NCBI GenBank assembly: GCA_963737155.1
Contig: CAVTRN010000002.1
Coordinates: forward strand, 1,792,001-1,856,000
Length of the DNA stretch: 64,000 bases
Source: Nitrospirota bacterium
Lineage (GTDB): Bacteria; Nitrospirota; UBA9217
Reading direction: 5' to 3'
A program made the translations under genes and the position numbers. How positions within the stretch are numbered: the first letter of the stretch is position 1; each line of letters starts with the position of its first letter. Of the stretch, positions 36,628-46,215 are shown in pieces. Under the pieces are notes generated by a model. That model did no database searches. It was not told where the DNA came from and worked only from the letters and a program-made list of their open reading frames with translations.

Positions 36628-39045
36628 GTGAATAAACAGCGTGCTGCGGCCATCGGGGCACTGATTTTATTTCTGGTGCTTTCCTTCGCTTTCTCCGGTG
36701 CAGCGGAAGACGCAAAAATCACTCTGATCGAAGTTCAGGGTAATAAAAGAATTGAAACGGCTACGATTCTTGCAAAAATAAAAACTCGGGAAGGAGAGCT
36801 GTTTTCTCCCGCGCTGATCAGGGAAGATATCAAGACACTGTACGAACTCGGTCACTTTGAAGATGTCCAAGTGAAAACAGAAGGGTTCGAGAATGGCCTC
36901 AAGGTTATCTTTGTCGTCAAGGAAAAACCGTTGATTAGGGAGGTCCTTTTTGAAGGCAACGACGAGCTGTCGACGGAAAAGCTGAAGGAGGGATTGACGC
37001 TGCTCCCCCGAAGCGCGCTTAACCTCCAGACGATCAACGAAAACGCCTTAAAAATCCGGATCAAATATCAGGACGCAGGATACTACGATGCAGTTGTCGT
37101 TCCGGTAATTGTCGACCTGCGGGGAGGCGACAAGAACGTTATTTTTTATATCGAGGAAGGAACAAAGGTCAGGCTGGAAAATATCATTTTTACCGGAAAT
37201 AAAGCCCTCAGTTCAAAGGAGATCAAGGCCCCCCTCAAGTCGCAGGAGTACGGTTTATTTTCATTCGTCGGTCGAAGTGGAACATTGAGGACGGAAGAAC
37301 TGAGGGAAGATATTGAAACGATCAGGAACCTGTATTACAACAAAGGATACATCCAGGTGCAGGTCGACGAACCGGTTATTACTCCGAAACATTATACCTT
37401 TCGTGAATGTTATTTCTGGGGGCCGCCGAAATATTTTACGCACAAGAACGAACTAGTGGTTCATTTCAACATCAAGGAGGGCGATCAATTCCGTGTGTCT
37501 TCGCTCACGATCAAGGGCAATCAGCTTATCTCAACAGAAGAGTTGGAGAAGGAAATAAAGCTGAAAAAAGGAGATATTTTCAGCAGAGATGTCCTCCGGC
37601 AGGATGTAAGCAGGATTATCGATCGGTATGACAGCATAGCGCGTCCCTTTGCGGACGTTGTGCCACTTTTTAATATTGATACAAAGACTAAAACTGTTGC
37701 GATCGCCATTGATATTAAAGAAGGCGGTGAAGTGCGGATCGGCAGAATCAACATCACAGGCAACAGCAAAACACGGGACAAGGTGATCCGGCGGGAGATG
37801 CGGCTCGATGAGGGGGATCTTTATAACAAAAAAGCACTCAAGAGAAGTTACGAGCGGCTCACCAACCTGAACTTCTTCGAGAGTGTGGACATCACGCCGG
37901 AACGGCGGCTGCAGGAACCGATCATGGACCTGAACGTAAAGGTGAAGGAGAAAATGACTGGCACGTTGAGCGTCGGTGGCGGATACAGCTCCGTTGATAA
38001 GCTCGTGGGAATCGCAGAGATCACCCAAGGCAATTTGTTTGGATTGGGCGAGCTTCTCAAATTCAGGACTCAGATTGGCGGCAAGGGAAGACAGTTCGTG
38101 CTCAGCTTTATGGAACCCTGGCTGTTGGACAAGCCGGTCTGGGGCAAGGTCGATATTTATGACCAGACGCAGGTGTACGACGGCTATGATCTGAGATCCA
38201 ACGGGATAGCGCTGTCGGCGGGTAAAACCTTCGGTGAATATGTGAACACATCGCTCAAATACAGTTTCGACCAATCGTCGATCTACAATATTGCGACGAC
38301 TGCTCCCTTCGCCGTCGACGAACAGATCGATTCGTATGGACCGACGATCAACACGAGTGCGTTAACCTGGAATCTATCGCGGGATTCTCGCGACTATTTT
38401 CTGGATCCCAAGACGGGGTCGAAGAACAGCATCGTGGTCGAATATGCGGGCGGGCCACTTGGAGGAGATCCGAATTTTATAAAAGCCTCGGCTGATACAG
38501 CCTGGTATCTGCCGCTTTTCGGAGACACAGTGCTTATGGCCAGGGGCCGGTACGGTTATGAGGAATCGCTCATCGATAAACCGGTGCCCCTTTCGGAACG
38601 ATTCTATGTCGGCGGTCCAACAACGGTTCGCGGGTTCCGATACGGAACCGACGGTCCCGTATCGCCGTTATACAACCCTTCTTACCAGACAGGTTCCGAC
38701 GGATACGCTAAAACCAATCCGGGAACAGGCCAGTCCCCCGTCATCGGCCAGTCCTTATACGGGGAAAACGCCCTGGGTGGCACGAAAGAAGTTATTTTTA
38801 ACCTTGAGTATAGCTTTCCAATTGTGCCTGCGGCGAGGCTCAAGGGCGTACTGTTCTATGACATGGGAAAAGGCTTCGATACATACGAGGCGGTCAAGTT
38901 AAGCGATTTGCGCGAGTCTTGGGGATTGGGATTCTGGTGGCTTTCCCCTATTGGTCCTCTCCGTTTCGAATGGGGCTTCATTATTCACAAGCTACCTACC
39001 GATCAGGCGAGTGAGTTCGATTTTTCCATTGGGGCGCTTTTTTGA
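36628..39045 (+). CDS. bamA: Outer membrane protein assembly factor BamA
   Basis: Signal peptide, POTRA repeats (GNKRIE, GNSKTRDKVIRRE), ERFYVGGPTTVRGF, SPIGPLRF, C-terminal Phe. Confidence 0.96.
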   Translation: MNKQRAAAIGALILFLVLSFAFSGAAEDAKITLIEVQGNKRIETATILAKIKTREGELFSPALIREDIKTLYELGHFEDVQVKTEGFENGLKVIFVVKEKPLIREVLFEGNDELSTEKLKEGLTLLPRSALNLQTINENALKIRIKYQDAGYYDAVVVPVIVDLRGGDKNVIFYIEEGTKVRLENIIFTGNKALSSKEIKAPLKSQEYGLFSFVGRSGTLRTEELREDIETIRNLYYNKGYIQVQVDEPVITPKHYTFRECYFWGPPKYFTHKNELVVHFNIKEGDQFRVSSLTIKGNQLISTEELEKEIKLKKGDIFSRDVLRQDVSRIIDRYDSIARPFADVVPLFNIDTKTKTVAIAIDIKEGGEVRIGRINITGNSKTRDKVIRREMRLDEGDLYNKKALKRSYERLTNLNFFESVDITPERRLQEPIMDLNVKVKEKMTGTLSVGGGYSSVDKLVGIAEITQGNLFGLGELLKFRTQIGGKGRQFVLSFMEPWLLDKPVWGKVDIYDQTQVYDGYDLRSNGIALSAGKTFGEYVNTSLKYSFDQSSIYNIATTAPFAVDEQIDSYGPTINTSALTWNLSRDSRDYFLDPKTGSKNSIVVEYAGGPLGGDPNFIKASADTAWYLPLFGDTVLMARGRYGYEESLIDKPVPLSERFYVGGPTTVRGFRYGTDGPVSPLYNPSYQTGSDGYAKTNPGTGQSPVIGQSLYGENALGGTKEVIFNLEYSFPIVPAARLKGVLFYDMGKGFDTYEAVKLSDLRESWGLGFWWLSPIGPLRFEWGFIIHKLPTDQASEFDFSIGALF

Positions 39046-39104
39046 CGAAACGTTCAGTGTAACGGATTACATTTGCATCATATTTTTTCCAAGGAGGAAG
39101 TATC

Positions 39105-39659
39105 ATGAAAAAGACAGTGTTGCTGGTAATAACGATGGTATTTTTTGCTATGACTGCAATGGCGGCGGGGGAAAAAGTGGCCTTTGTCGATTCTCAGACC
39201 GTCTTCGACAAAACCGTACTGGGGAAGAAATACCAGGGTATCGTCAGGGAATATTATGAAAGCCGCAAGAAGATTCTGGACATGGATGCCGATGAAATTC
39301 AAAAGATGCAGGATGAGCTTGCCAAACAGAAACAAGGCAAACTACTGAACGAAAAGGCTCAAAATGAAAAGGAAGAAACGCTGAGAAGCAAGATCGGTGA
39401 GTTTCAGAAGAAACGGGACGAATTCAGCGGAGAGATAAGCAAGAAGAACGAGGAACTTTCAAATGATTTTAATAAGCAGATGATCGTCATCCTCAAGGAT
39501 ATCGCTCAGAAGGAAAAGGTATCCCTCGTTTTGAACAAGACCATCAATATTCTTTCAAAGACCGAGGTCCCGGCTATCCTCTACGCCGATGAAAACCTTG
39601 ATCTTACTACTCAGGTGATTGTCGAAATGGATAAGAAGGAAGCAGAACCGCAAAAGTAG
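39105..39659 (+). CDS. skp: Periplasmic chaperone Skp/OmpH
   Basis: Signal peptide, KVAFVD, coiled-coil body, ILYAD..LDLT; between bamA and lpxD. Confidence 0.9.
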   Translation: MKKTVLLVITMVFFAMTAMAAGEKVAFVDSQTVFDKTVLGKKYQGIVREYYESRKKILDMDADEIQKMQDELAKQKQGKLLNEKAQNEKEETLRSKIGEFQKKRDEFSGEISKKNEELSNDFNKQMIVILKDIAQKEKVSLVLNKTINILSKTEVPAILYADENLDLTTQVIVEMDKKEAEPQK

Positions 39660-39693
39660 GAAGACCTCACGCATTGCGCATGATGGATGTACT

Positions 39694-40740
39694 ATGAAAC
39701 TCAAAGACTTAGCTGACAGACTTCAGGCGGAATTGAAGGGCCCCGGTGACGGAGAAATTACCGGCGTTGCCAGTCTTCGGGACGCAGGTGAAGGATTCAT
39801 CACCTATATTACCGGTGCGCATCAGCTCAAGGAACTTGAAAAATCCCGCGCAGCAGCAGCATTCGTACCACTGGATATACTTGATGCCTCCTTGCCGCTG
39901 CTTCGCATAAAAAATCCTCGTCTTGCCTTCGCTCGCGCCATAGAGCTGTTCTATGTCAAACCCTATCGGGCCATCGGTATCAGTAAACGGTCATCAATCG
40001 GCAGGGATGTTGTCATTGGAGCGGATTCGTCAATTCATCCTTTCGCATATGTGGATGACAACGTGCGTATCGGCGATCGGGTATCGATCTATCCCGGTGT
40101 CTATATCGGGCAGGGATCATCGGTAGGAGATGATGCTGTTATTTATCCAAATGTAAGCATCGGAGCATCGATAGACATCGGGAACAGGGTAATCATCCAC
40201 GCAGGCACGGTAATCGGAAGCGATGGCTTCGGTTTTGTTACAGACGGCGGGACGCATCATAAAATACCCCACGTCGGCGGCGTTATTATTGAGGATGACG
40301 TCGAAATCGGCGGCAACTGCACCATTGACCGAGCAACACTTGGCAATACAGTTATCAAGAAAGGCACGAAGCTCGACAATCAGGTACATGTGGCGCATAA
40401 TGTTACGATCGGTGAGCATTGCCTGCTTGCCGGCCAATCGGGAATCGGCGGCAGCGGCACCCTCGGGAATTACGTCGTTATTGGAGGCCAGGCGGGTGTC
40501 TCGGACCATACAATCGTGGGAGACCGCGTCATGGCTGGAGGCAAAGCAGTCGTTGTTAAGGATGTCGCGCCCGGTCAGGCAATTGCCGGGTTTAATGCGA
40601 TGCCCGTCCGCGATTGGCTTAAAGTCCAGGTCGTTTTGCCAAAACTGCCTGAATTGAAAAAAATGCTTGTCAAACTTGAAAAGCAGGTTTCCGAACTAAA
40701 GGAAAAAATAAACACATGGACTAAGGGAGGGCAGGAATGA
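39694..40740 (+). CDS. lpxD: UDP-3-O-acyl-glucosamine N-acyltransferase
   Basis: Hexapeptide repeats, IGSDGFGF, EIGGNCTIDR, KLDNQVHVAHN. Confidence 0.96.
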   Translation: MKLKDLADRLQAELKGPGDGEITGVASLRDAGEGFITYITGAHQLKELEKSRAAAAFVPLDILDASLPLLRIKNPRLAFARAIELFYVKPYRAIGISKRSSIGRDVVIGADSSIHPFAYVDDNVRIGDRVSIYPGVYIGQGSSVGDDAVIYPNVSIGASIDIGNRVIIHAGTVIGSDGFGFVTDGGTHHKIPHVGGVIIEDDVEIGGNCTIDRATLGNTVIKKGTKLDNQVHVAHNVTIGEHCLLAGQSGIGGSGTLGNYVVIGGQAGVSDHTIVGDRVMAGGKAVVVKDVAPGQAIAGFNAMPVRDWLKVQVVLPKLPELKKMLVKLEKQVSELKEKINTWTKGGQE

Positions 40741-41174
40741 TCGGAATTCAGGAAATCATGGAAACCATTCCTCATCGATATCCGTTTTTGCTGGTCGACA
40801 AAATTATCGAGATAGAAATAGGCAAACGTATCGTAGGCATCAAGAACGTTACCATCAACGAACCTTTTTTCCAGGGGCATTTCCCTGGACATCCGATTAT
40901 GCCAGCAGTGCTCATGCTTGAGGCAATGGCCCAGACCGGTGGAGTGCTTGCGCTCAAGTCGATTTCTCCGGAGCAGGTCAAAAAAAAGGTGATCTACTTC
41001 ATGAGCATCGATAATGCGAAATTTCGCAAACCAGTTTTACCGGGAGACCAGCTGCGCTTCGAACTCGACATAATCAGGCAACGGGCCAATATCATGAGCA
41101 TGAAGGCACAGGCCCTTGTCGAAAATGCGGTTGTCGCCGAGGCGGAAATGAAAGCCATGATCGTGGACAAATAG
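40737..41174 (+). CDS. fabZ: 3-hydroxyacyl-ACP dehydratase
   Basis: [31 protein letters not shown]. Confidence 0.97.
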   Translation: MIGIQEIMETIPHRYPFLLVDKIIEIEIGKRIVGIKNVTINEPFFQGHFPGHPIMPAVLMLEAMAQTGGVLALKSISPEQVKKKVIYFMSIDNAKFRKPVLPGDQLRFELDIIRQRANIMSMKAQALVENAVVAEAEMKAMIVDK

Positions 41175-41176
41175 GC

Positions 41177-41977
41177 ATGCAGATGAGAATTCTAGAAAAC
41201 AACGTGAAGATCCATCCAACGGCCATCGTGCATCCGGCCGCTCAGATTGCAGAAGGAGTCGAGGTCGGCCCTTATACGCTCATTGGCGAGAACGTCAGTA
41301 TAGGCAAAGACACGAAAATCTGTTCACACGTACTGATTGAGGGCTGGACCACGATTGGCGAACGAAACCACATTTTCCCTTTTTCGAGCATAGGGACCGC
41401 GCCCCAGGATATCGGCTACCGGAACGAAGAGACCTATCTGATCATCGGCGACGATAACGTGATTCGCGAATGCGCTACAGTGCACCGTGCGACGACCAAG
41501 GAGGACCGGAAAACGGTCATTGGCAACAAAAACTTTTTCATGGCCTATTCCCATGTGGCCCATGACTGCAAGCTGGGCAATTATATTATCATGGCAAACT
41601 CCGTGGCGCTCGGTGGACATATCGTAATCGGAGATCACGCCATTGTCGGCGGGATCGTGGCCGTGCACCAGTTCGCGCGAATCGGGGCCTATGCCATTAT
41701 CGGGGGGCAGTCCGCTGTTACCCTGGATATTCCTCCTTACGTGAGTGCCGCCGGAAACCGCGCTCAGCTCTACGGTCTGAACCTTGTCGGGCTCAAGAGA
41801 AAGGGTTTTTCCGAGCAGGCCATTTCAACACTCAAAAAAGCTTACAAAATTATTTTCCGATCCGGGCTGACCCAGGATAAAGCGATACAAAAAACGCTGG
41901 ATGACCTTGATGATTCGCCGGAAGTAAACGTGCTCATCGAATTCATCCGTACTTCCAAACGAGGGATTACACGGTAA
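41177..41977 (+). CDS. lpxA: Acyl-ACP--UDP-N-acetylglucosamine (or GlcNAc3N) acyltransferase
   Basis: IHPTAIV, PQDI, IRECATVHR, HVAHDC, LGGH, VHQF, SKRGI. Confidence 0.96.
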   Translation: MQMRILENNVKIHPTAIVHPAAQIAEGVEVGPYTLIGENVSIGKDTKICSHVLIEGWTTIGERNHIFPFSSIGTAPQDIGYRNEETYLIIGDDNVIRECATVHRATTKEDRKTVIGNKNFFMAYSHVAHDCKLGNYIIMANSVALGGHIVIGDHAIVGGIVAVHQFARIGAYAIIGGQSAVTLDIPPYVSAAGNRAQLYGLNLVGLKRKGFSEQAISTLKKAYKIIFRSGLTQDKAIQKTLDDLDDSPEVNVLIEFIRTSKRGITR

Positions 41978-42023
41978 CGGAGAAAGAAACTGAGGCATTC
42001 GGCAAGCAGGCTGCAGTGAACCT

Positions 42024-42845
42024 ATGGATAAAATCGGATTAATTGCTGGCAACGGAAATTTTCCCTTAGCCTTTGCGCGTGCTGCGCGGGAAAAGGGGAT
42101 GCAGGTCATTGCGGTGGCCCATGAAGGCGAGACCCTGCCGGAGCTTGCGGAGTGTGTAGACAGTATCACCTGGATAAAAGTTGGACAACTGGGTAAGCTT
42201 ATCAAGACATTCCAGAACCAGGGAGTCAGGGATGTGCTCATGGCCGGAGGCATCAACAAAACACGCCTCTTCAGAGGAGGAATGCCGGACTTCCGCGGCG
42301 TGGCTCTGCTTGCCAGGATGGTTCACAAAAAAGATGATTCCATCCTCCGGGCTGTGGCGCAGGAGCTTGAATTGGAAGGCATTACAGTGCGCGAATCAAC
42401 GCTCTTCCTCGATAACATCGTTGCTGCGAATGGAACTTTGACGAAAAGGAAGCCGACGAAAGACGAGAGTCAGGACGTCGAATTTGGCTGGCAAATGGCG
42501 AAGGAGATTGGCAGACTCGATATCGGGCAGACCGTCGTGGTAAAAAACCAGGCCGTGCTTGCCGTGGAGGCCATCGAGGGAACCGATGAAGCCATACGCC
42601 GGGGTGGCACTCTTTGCGGCGGAGGTGCGGTCGTGATCAAAGTCTGCAAACCCCATCAGGATCTCCGGTTTGATCTTCCCGCAATCGGCTCCCAGACGAT
42701 CAAAGCCATGGAACAGGTCAAAGCCTCCTGTCTTGCCGTGGAAGCTGGCAAGACCATCATCATAGACCGTAAAATGGTGATCCGTGATGCCGAGCGGTCC
42801 GGAATCGCGATCGTGGCAATGCATGACTCGAAGGAAATTGCATGA
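42024..42845 (+). CDS. lpxI: UDP-2,3-diacylglucosamine diphosphatase LpxI
   Basis: GLIAGNG, LDIGQTVVV, AVEAIEGTD, KPHQDLRFDLP.IG; follows lpxA. Confidence 0.93.
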   Translation: MDKIGLIAGNGNFPLAFARAAREKGMQVIAVAHEGETLPELAECVDSITWIKVGQLGKLIKTFQNQGVRDVLMAGGINKTRLFRGGMPDFRGVALLARMVHKKDDSILRAVAQELELEGITVRESTLFLDNIVAANGTLTKRKPTKDESQDVEFGWQMAKEIGRLDIGQTVVVKNQAVLAVEAIEGTDEAIRRGGTLCGGGAVVIKVCKPHQDLRFDLPAIGSQTIKAMEQVKASCLAVEAGKTIIIDRKMVIRDAERSGIAIVAMHDSKEIA

Positions 42846-43792
42846 AAAAAATCCGGGTCGGGGTGGTCGGGGTGGGGTATCTCGGACGGTTTCATGCAGA
42901 AAAATACGCGGGTCTTTCCGAAGTGGACCTCATCGGCATCGTGGATCCGGTTCAAGATCGGGCCGATAAGATCTCGGAAAAACTGAATACGCGCGCCTTT
43001 GCCGACCCGTTGGAATTAATCGGCCGCGTAGACGCCGTGAGCATCGTCGTTCCTACGGTCCTGCATCATCGCATCGCTAAACTATTTATCGAGAAGTCCG
43101 TGCATGTTCTGATAGAGAAACCACTGACCGAAACGCTTGAACAGGCAGACGAACTGATAGCCCTGGCTGCCAGAATGGGAGTGATCATCCAGGTCGGCCA
43201 TATCGAGCGGTTCAATCCGGCGGTAACGGTTGTCCGGTCGATGATCAAGGCCCCCCGCTATATGATCGCAGAGCGGGCGGCGCCTTTCAATATCCGGTGC
43301 ACCGATGTAAGTGTTGTTCTTGATCTCATGATCCACGATCTCGACGTCGTAATGGACCTGGCTGGATCCGCGCCTAAGGAAGTAAGTGCAGCCGGTGCAG
43401 TCGTGATATCCAGCGAGATCGACGTGGCAGCGGCACGAATCGTTTTTGAGAACGGCTGCGTTGCCGATGTTTCCGCTAGCAGGGTGTCGGACGAAAAAAA
43501 GCGCTTGCTTCGCGTTTTTGACGGGGAGAACGTCTATGTCTCAGACTATCAGACTCAGCATGCGTCCGTCTCGCAAAAAAGGGGATCCCCCGGTAACGAG
43601 TTCGTAACTCATCCTATTGCGACGGACGGCCGCGATACTCTTGCTGATGAAATACGGGCCTTCGTAAAGAGCGTGCAAGATGGGACCAAACCTCTTGTAT
43701 CAGGCATAGAGGGCAGGCGGGCACTCGCCTTGGCGACGACCATTGCCGGCAATATCAAGGAAGGCATTACCGGCTTCGTCCCGGTCCCTTAG
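42842..43792 (+). CDS. gnnA: Gfo/Idh/MocA oxidoreductase, probable UDP-GlcNAc 3-dehydrogenase GnnA
   Basis: GVGYLGRFH, IEKP, GHIERFNP, DLMIHDLD; position between lpxA/lpxI and lpxB. Confidence 0.8.
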   Translation: MKKIRVGVVGVGYLGRFHAEKYAGLSEVDLIGIVDPVQDRADKISEKLNTRAFADPLELIGRVDAVSIVVPTVLHHRIAKLFIEKSVHVLIEKPLTETLEQADELIALAARMGVIIQVGHIERFNPAVTVVRSMIKAPRYMIAERAAPFNIRCTDVSVVLDLMIHDLDVVMDLAGSAPKEVSAAGAVVISSEIDVAAARIVFENGCVADVSASRVSDEKKRLLRVFDGENVYVSDYQTQHASVSQKRGSPGNEFVTHPIATDGRDTLADEIRAFVKSVQDGTKPLVSGIEGRRALALATTIAGNIKEGITGFVPVP

Positions 43793-43913
43793 AAAGTGTT
43801 GACAAAAGACAGGCCCCGCCTGTGTCGTAACGTATAGCATGGACAGGGAAAAGGACCGGTTAACGCGGTGTTGTCCCTGTTCGTCCAGGTCAGAAGAGAG
43901 GAGTTTTTGCAAC

Positions 43914-45020
43914 ATGTCCCTAACGGTTCCCATGGTCGATCTCAAGGTCCAGTTCAATGCAATCAAACAGGACATAACCAGCGCGGTACTCGGCGTCATG
44001 GAAAGCACCCACTTCATCCTCGGCCCCCAGGTGCAAGCCATCGAAGAAGCTATTGCCGCCTACCACGGTGTAAAACATGCCGTGGCTGTGGCATCGGGCA
44101 CGGATGCGCTGCATTTGGCGCTGCTCGCCTCTGGGATCAAGCGGGGCGATGAAGTCATCACGTCTCCTTTCACGTTTATTGCCACAGCAGAAGCCATATC
44201 CTATATCGGTGCGTCTCCTGTTTTTGTCGACATAGATCCCCAGACATTCAATATCGATGTGAATAAAGTAGAAGCGGCTATCACCGCTAAAACAAAGGCC
44301 GTCATTCCGGTTCACCTTTTTGGACAGCCCGCGGACATGGATGCACTTATGGAAATCGCGAAAAAAAGAAACTTGCGCATTATCGAAGACTGCGCCCAAT
44401 CCTTTGGCGCCGAGTATTACGGCAAAAAGACCGGGTCTTTCGGTGATTTTGGATGCTTCAGTTTTTTCCCGAGTAAGAATCTTGGCGCATACGGCGACGG
44501 TGGCATGGTGATCACCGATAATCGCGATCTGGCCGAGCACCTTCAGAGACTGCGGAACCACGGCAGTCATGTGCGTTACTATCATGACGAGATCGGGTTC
44601 AACAGCAGGCTCGACGAAATTCAAGCAGCCGTTCTTCAGGTCAAATTCAAGCATGTCGATGAATACAATGAAAAACGCAGGGGAATTGCCCGGCTTTATA
44701 ATGCGAGCTTTGTTGGCTCTGGCATAGAGACGCCTTCTGAGTCAAAGGGCATGAAGCACGTTTTCCACCAGTACACCATCAGAATCAAGAACAGGGATGC
44801 GGTCAAAAAAAGACTTGATGACGGCAAGGTGACATCTTCCATGATTTATTATCCGGTTCCGCTTCACCTTCAGACGGCATACAAATGTCTCGGTATGCAT
44901 GCGGGCAGTATGCCCGTTGCGGAACAGATCTGCCAGGAGGTTTTATCGCTCCCTATGTATCCAGAATTGAGTGAAGCGCAGGTTAGTCAAGTGTCGGATG
45001 CCGTAAAACAAGCTCTTTGA
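43914..45020 (+). CDS. gnnB: DegT/DnrJ PLP aminotransferase, probable GnnB
   Basis: SGTDAL, VHLFGQ, IEDCAQ, SFFPSKNLG.YGDGG, NSRLDEIQA; adjacent to gnnA and lpxB. Confidence 0.8.
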   Translation: MSLTVPMVDLKVQFNAIKQDITSAVLGVMESTHFILGPQVQAIEEAIAAYHGVKHAVAVASGTDALHLALLASGIKRGDEVITSPFTFIATAEAISYIGASPVFVDIDPQTFNIDVNKVEAAITAKTKAVIPVHLFGQPADMDALMEIAKKRNLRIIEDCAQSFGAEYYGKKTGSFGDFGCFSFFPSKNLGAYGDGGMVITDNRDLAEHLQRLRNHGSHVRYYHDEIGFNSRLDEIQAAVLQVKFKHVDEYNEKRRGIARLYNASFVGSGIETPSESKGMKHVFHQYTIRIKNRDAVKKRLDDGKVTSSMIYYPVPLHLQTAYKCLGMHAGSMPVAEQICQEVLSLPMYPELSEAQVSQVSDAVKQAL

Positions 45021-45054
45021 TTCAGATGCAAGAGATCAGAAGACATACAACGAG

Positions 45055-46215
45055 ATGAAAAAAATTCTGATTATTGCCGGTGAAGCATCAGGTGATCTGC
45101 ACGGCTCCAACCTGGTGCGGGAAATACGGCAGCAGGACTCCTCGATTGTTTTTTACGGAGTCGGCAGCAGGCGGATGGAGGAAGCGGGCGTCCGGATTCT
45201 TGCTGACGCATCAGAAATATCCGTGGTAGGCGCTACCGAAGTGCTGTCCCATCTTCGGCCGATTTACAGGGTCTTCAGCATGCTCAAGCAGTTTCTGGCA
45301 GAAGAGCTGCCGGACTTGCTTATCCTGATTGATTTTCCCGACTTCAACATCATGATCGGCAAGAGGGCGCAGAAGATCGGGATTCCGGTATTGTACTATA
45401 TCAGCCCGCAGGTATGGGCCTGGCGAAAGAAGCGGATAAAGAAGATTGCCGGTCTGGTCAAAGCCATGATCGTCGTGTTCCCCTTCGAGGTTGAACTTTA
45501 TAAAAAGGCCGGTGTGGACGTCCGTTTTGTCGGACATCCGTTGACCGATGTTGTACATTCACGGTATCATCAGGCTGAGGCAAAAGCGCAATTCGGGCTG
45601 GACCCTGCAAAACGCACCATCGCGATGCTTCCGGGAAGCAGAAGGAAAGAAATATCGAGTCTTTTGCCCGGCATGCTCGGTGCGGCGGAAATCCTCAATA
45701 GGCAATTTCAGGACTTGCAATATATATTGCCCGTTGCCGCGACGCTTTCACCGGATTTTATCAGAGCGTTCGTCAGCAAGTGCCAGATCCCGGTGACACT
45801 GACGGACGGTAGAGTCTATGATGTTCTCCGCGCTTCAGACGCGGCACTGGTGACCTCAGGAACGGCAACACTCGAGACGGGGCTAATGGCGGTTCCCATG
45901 GTCATTGTTTACCGCATGTCGGCTCTGTCCTATTTAATCGGCAGCATGTTTATCGATGTGGAACATATCGGACTCGTCAATATTGTTGCCGGGAAGCGTG
46001 TGGTACCCGAACTCGTTCAGCATAAGGCGACATCCCGGAACATGGCCGAGGCCCTATCGGACTTGCTGACCGACCGGGATCATTATCAAAACGTCCGGGC
46101 TCAGCTGGGCGACATTCGAGCGAAACTGGGGGAAAAGGGCGCCACCGCCCGTGTTGCAGCCATAGTTCTTGATTTTATTCGCGATAGTTCACGTACTTGC
46201 AATGGAAATATATAA
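45055..46215 (+). CDS. lpxB: Lipid-A-disaccharide synthase
   Basis: AGEASGD, IDFPDFN, SPQVWAWR, FVGHPL, LPGSR, SGTATLE. Confidence 0.96.
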   Translation: MKKILIIAGEASGDLHGSNLVREIRQQDSSIVFYGVGSRRMEEAGVRILADASEISVVGATEVLSHLRPIYRVFSMLKQFLAEELPDLLILIDFPDFNIMIGKRAQKIGIPVLYYISPQVWAWRKKRIKKIAGLVKAMIVVFPFEVELYKKAGVDVRFVGHPLTDVVHSRYHQAEAKAQFGLDPAKRTIAMLPGSRRKEISSLLPGMLGAAEILNRQFQDLQYILPVAATLSPDFIRAFVSKCQIPVTLTDGRVYDVLRASDAALVTSGTATLETGLMAVPMVIVYRMSALSYLIGSMFIDVEHIGLVNIVAGKRVVPELVQHKATSRNMAEALSDLLTDRDHYQNVRAQLGDIRAKLGEKGATARVAAIVLDFIRDSSRTCNGNI

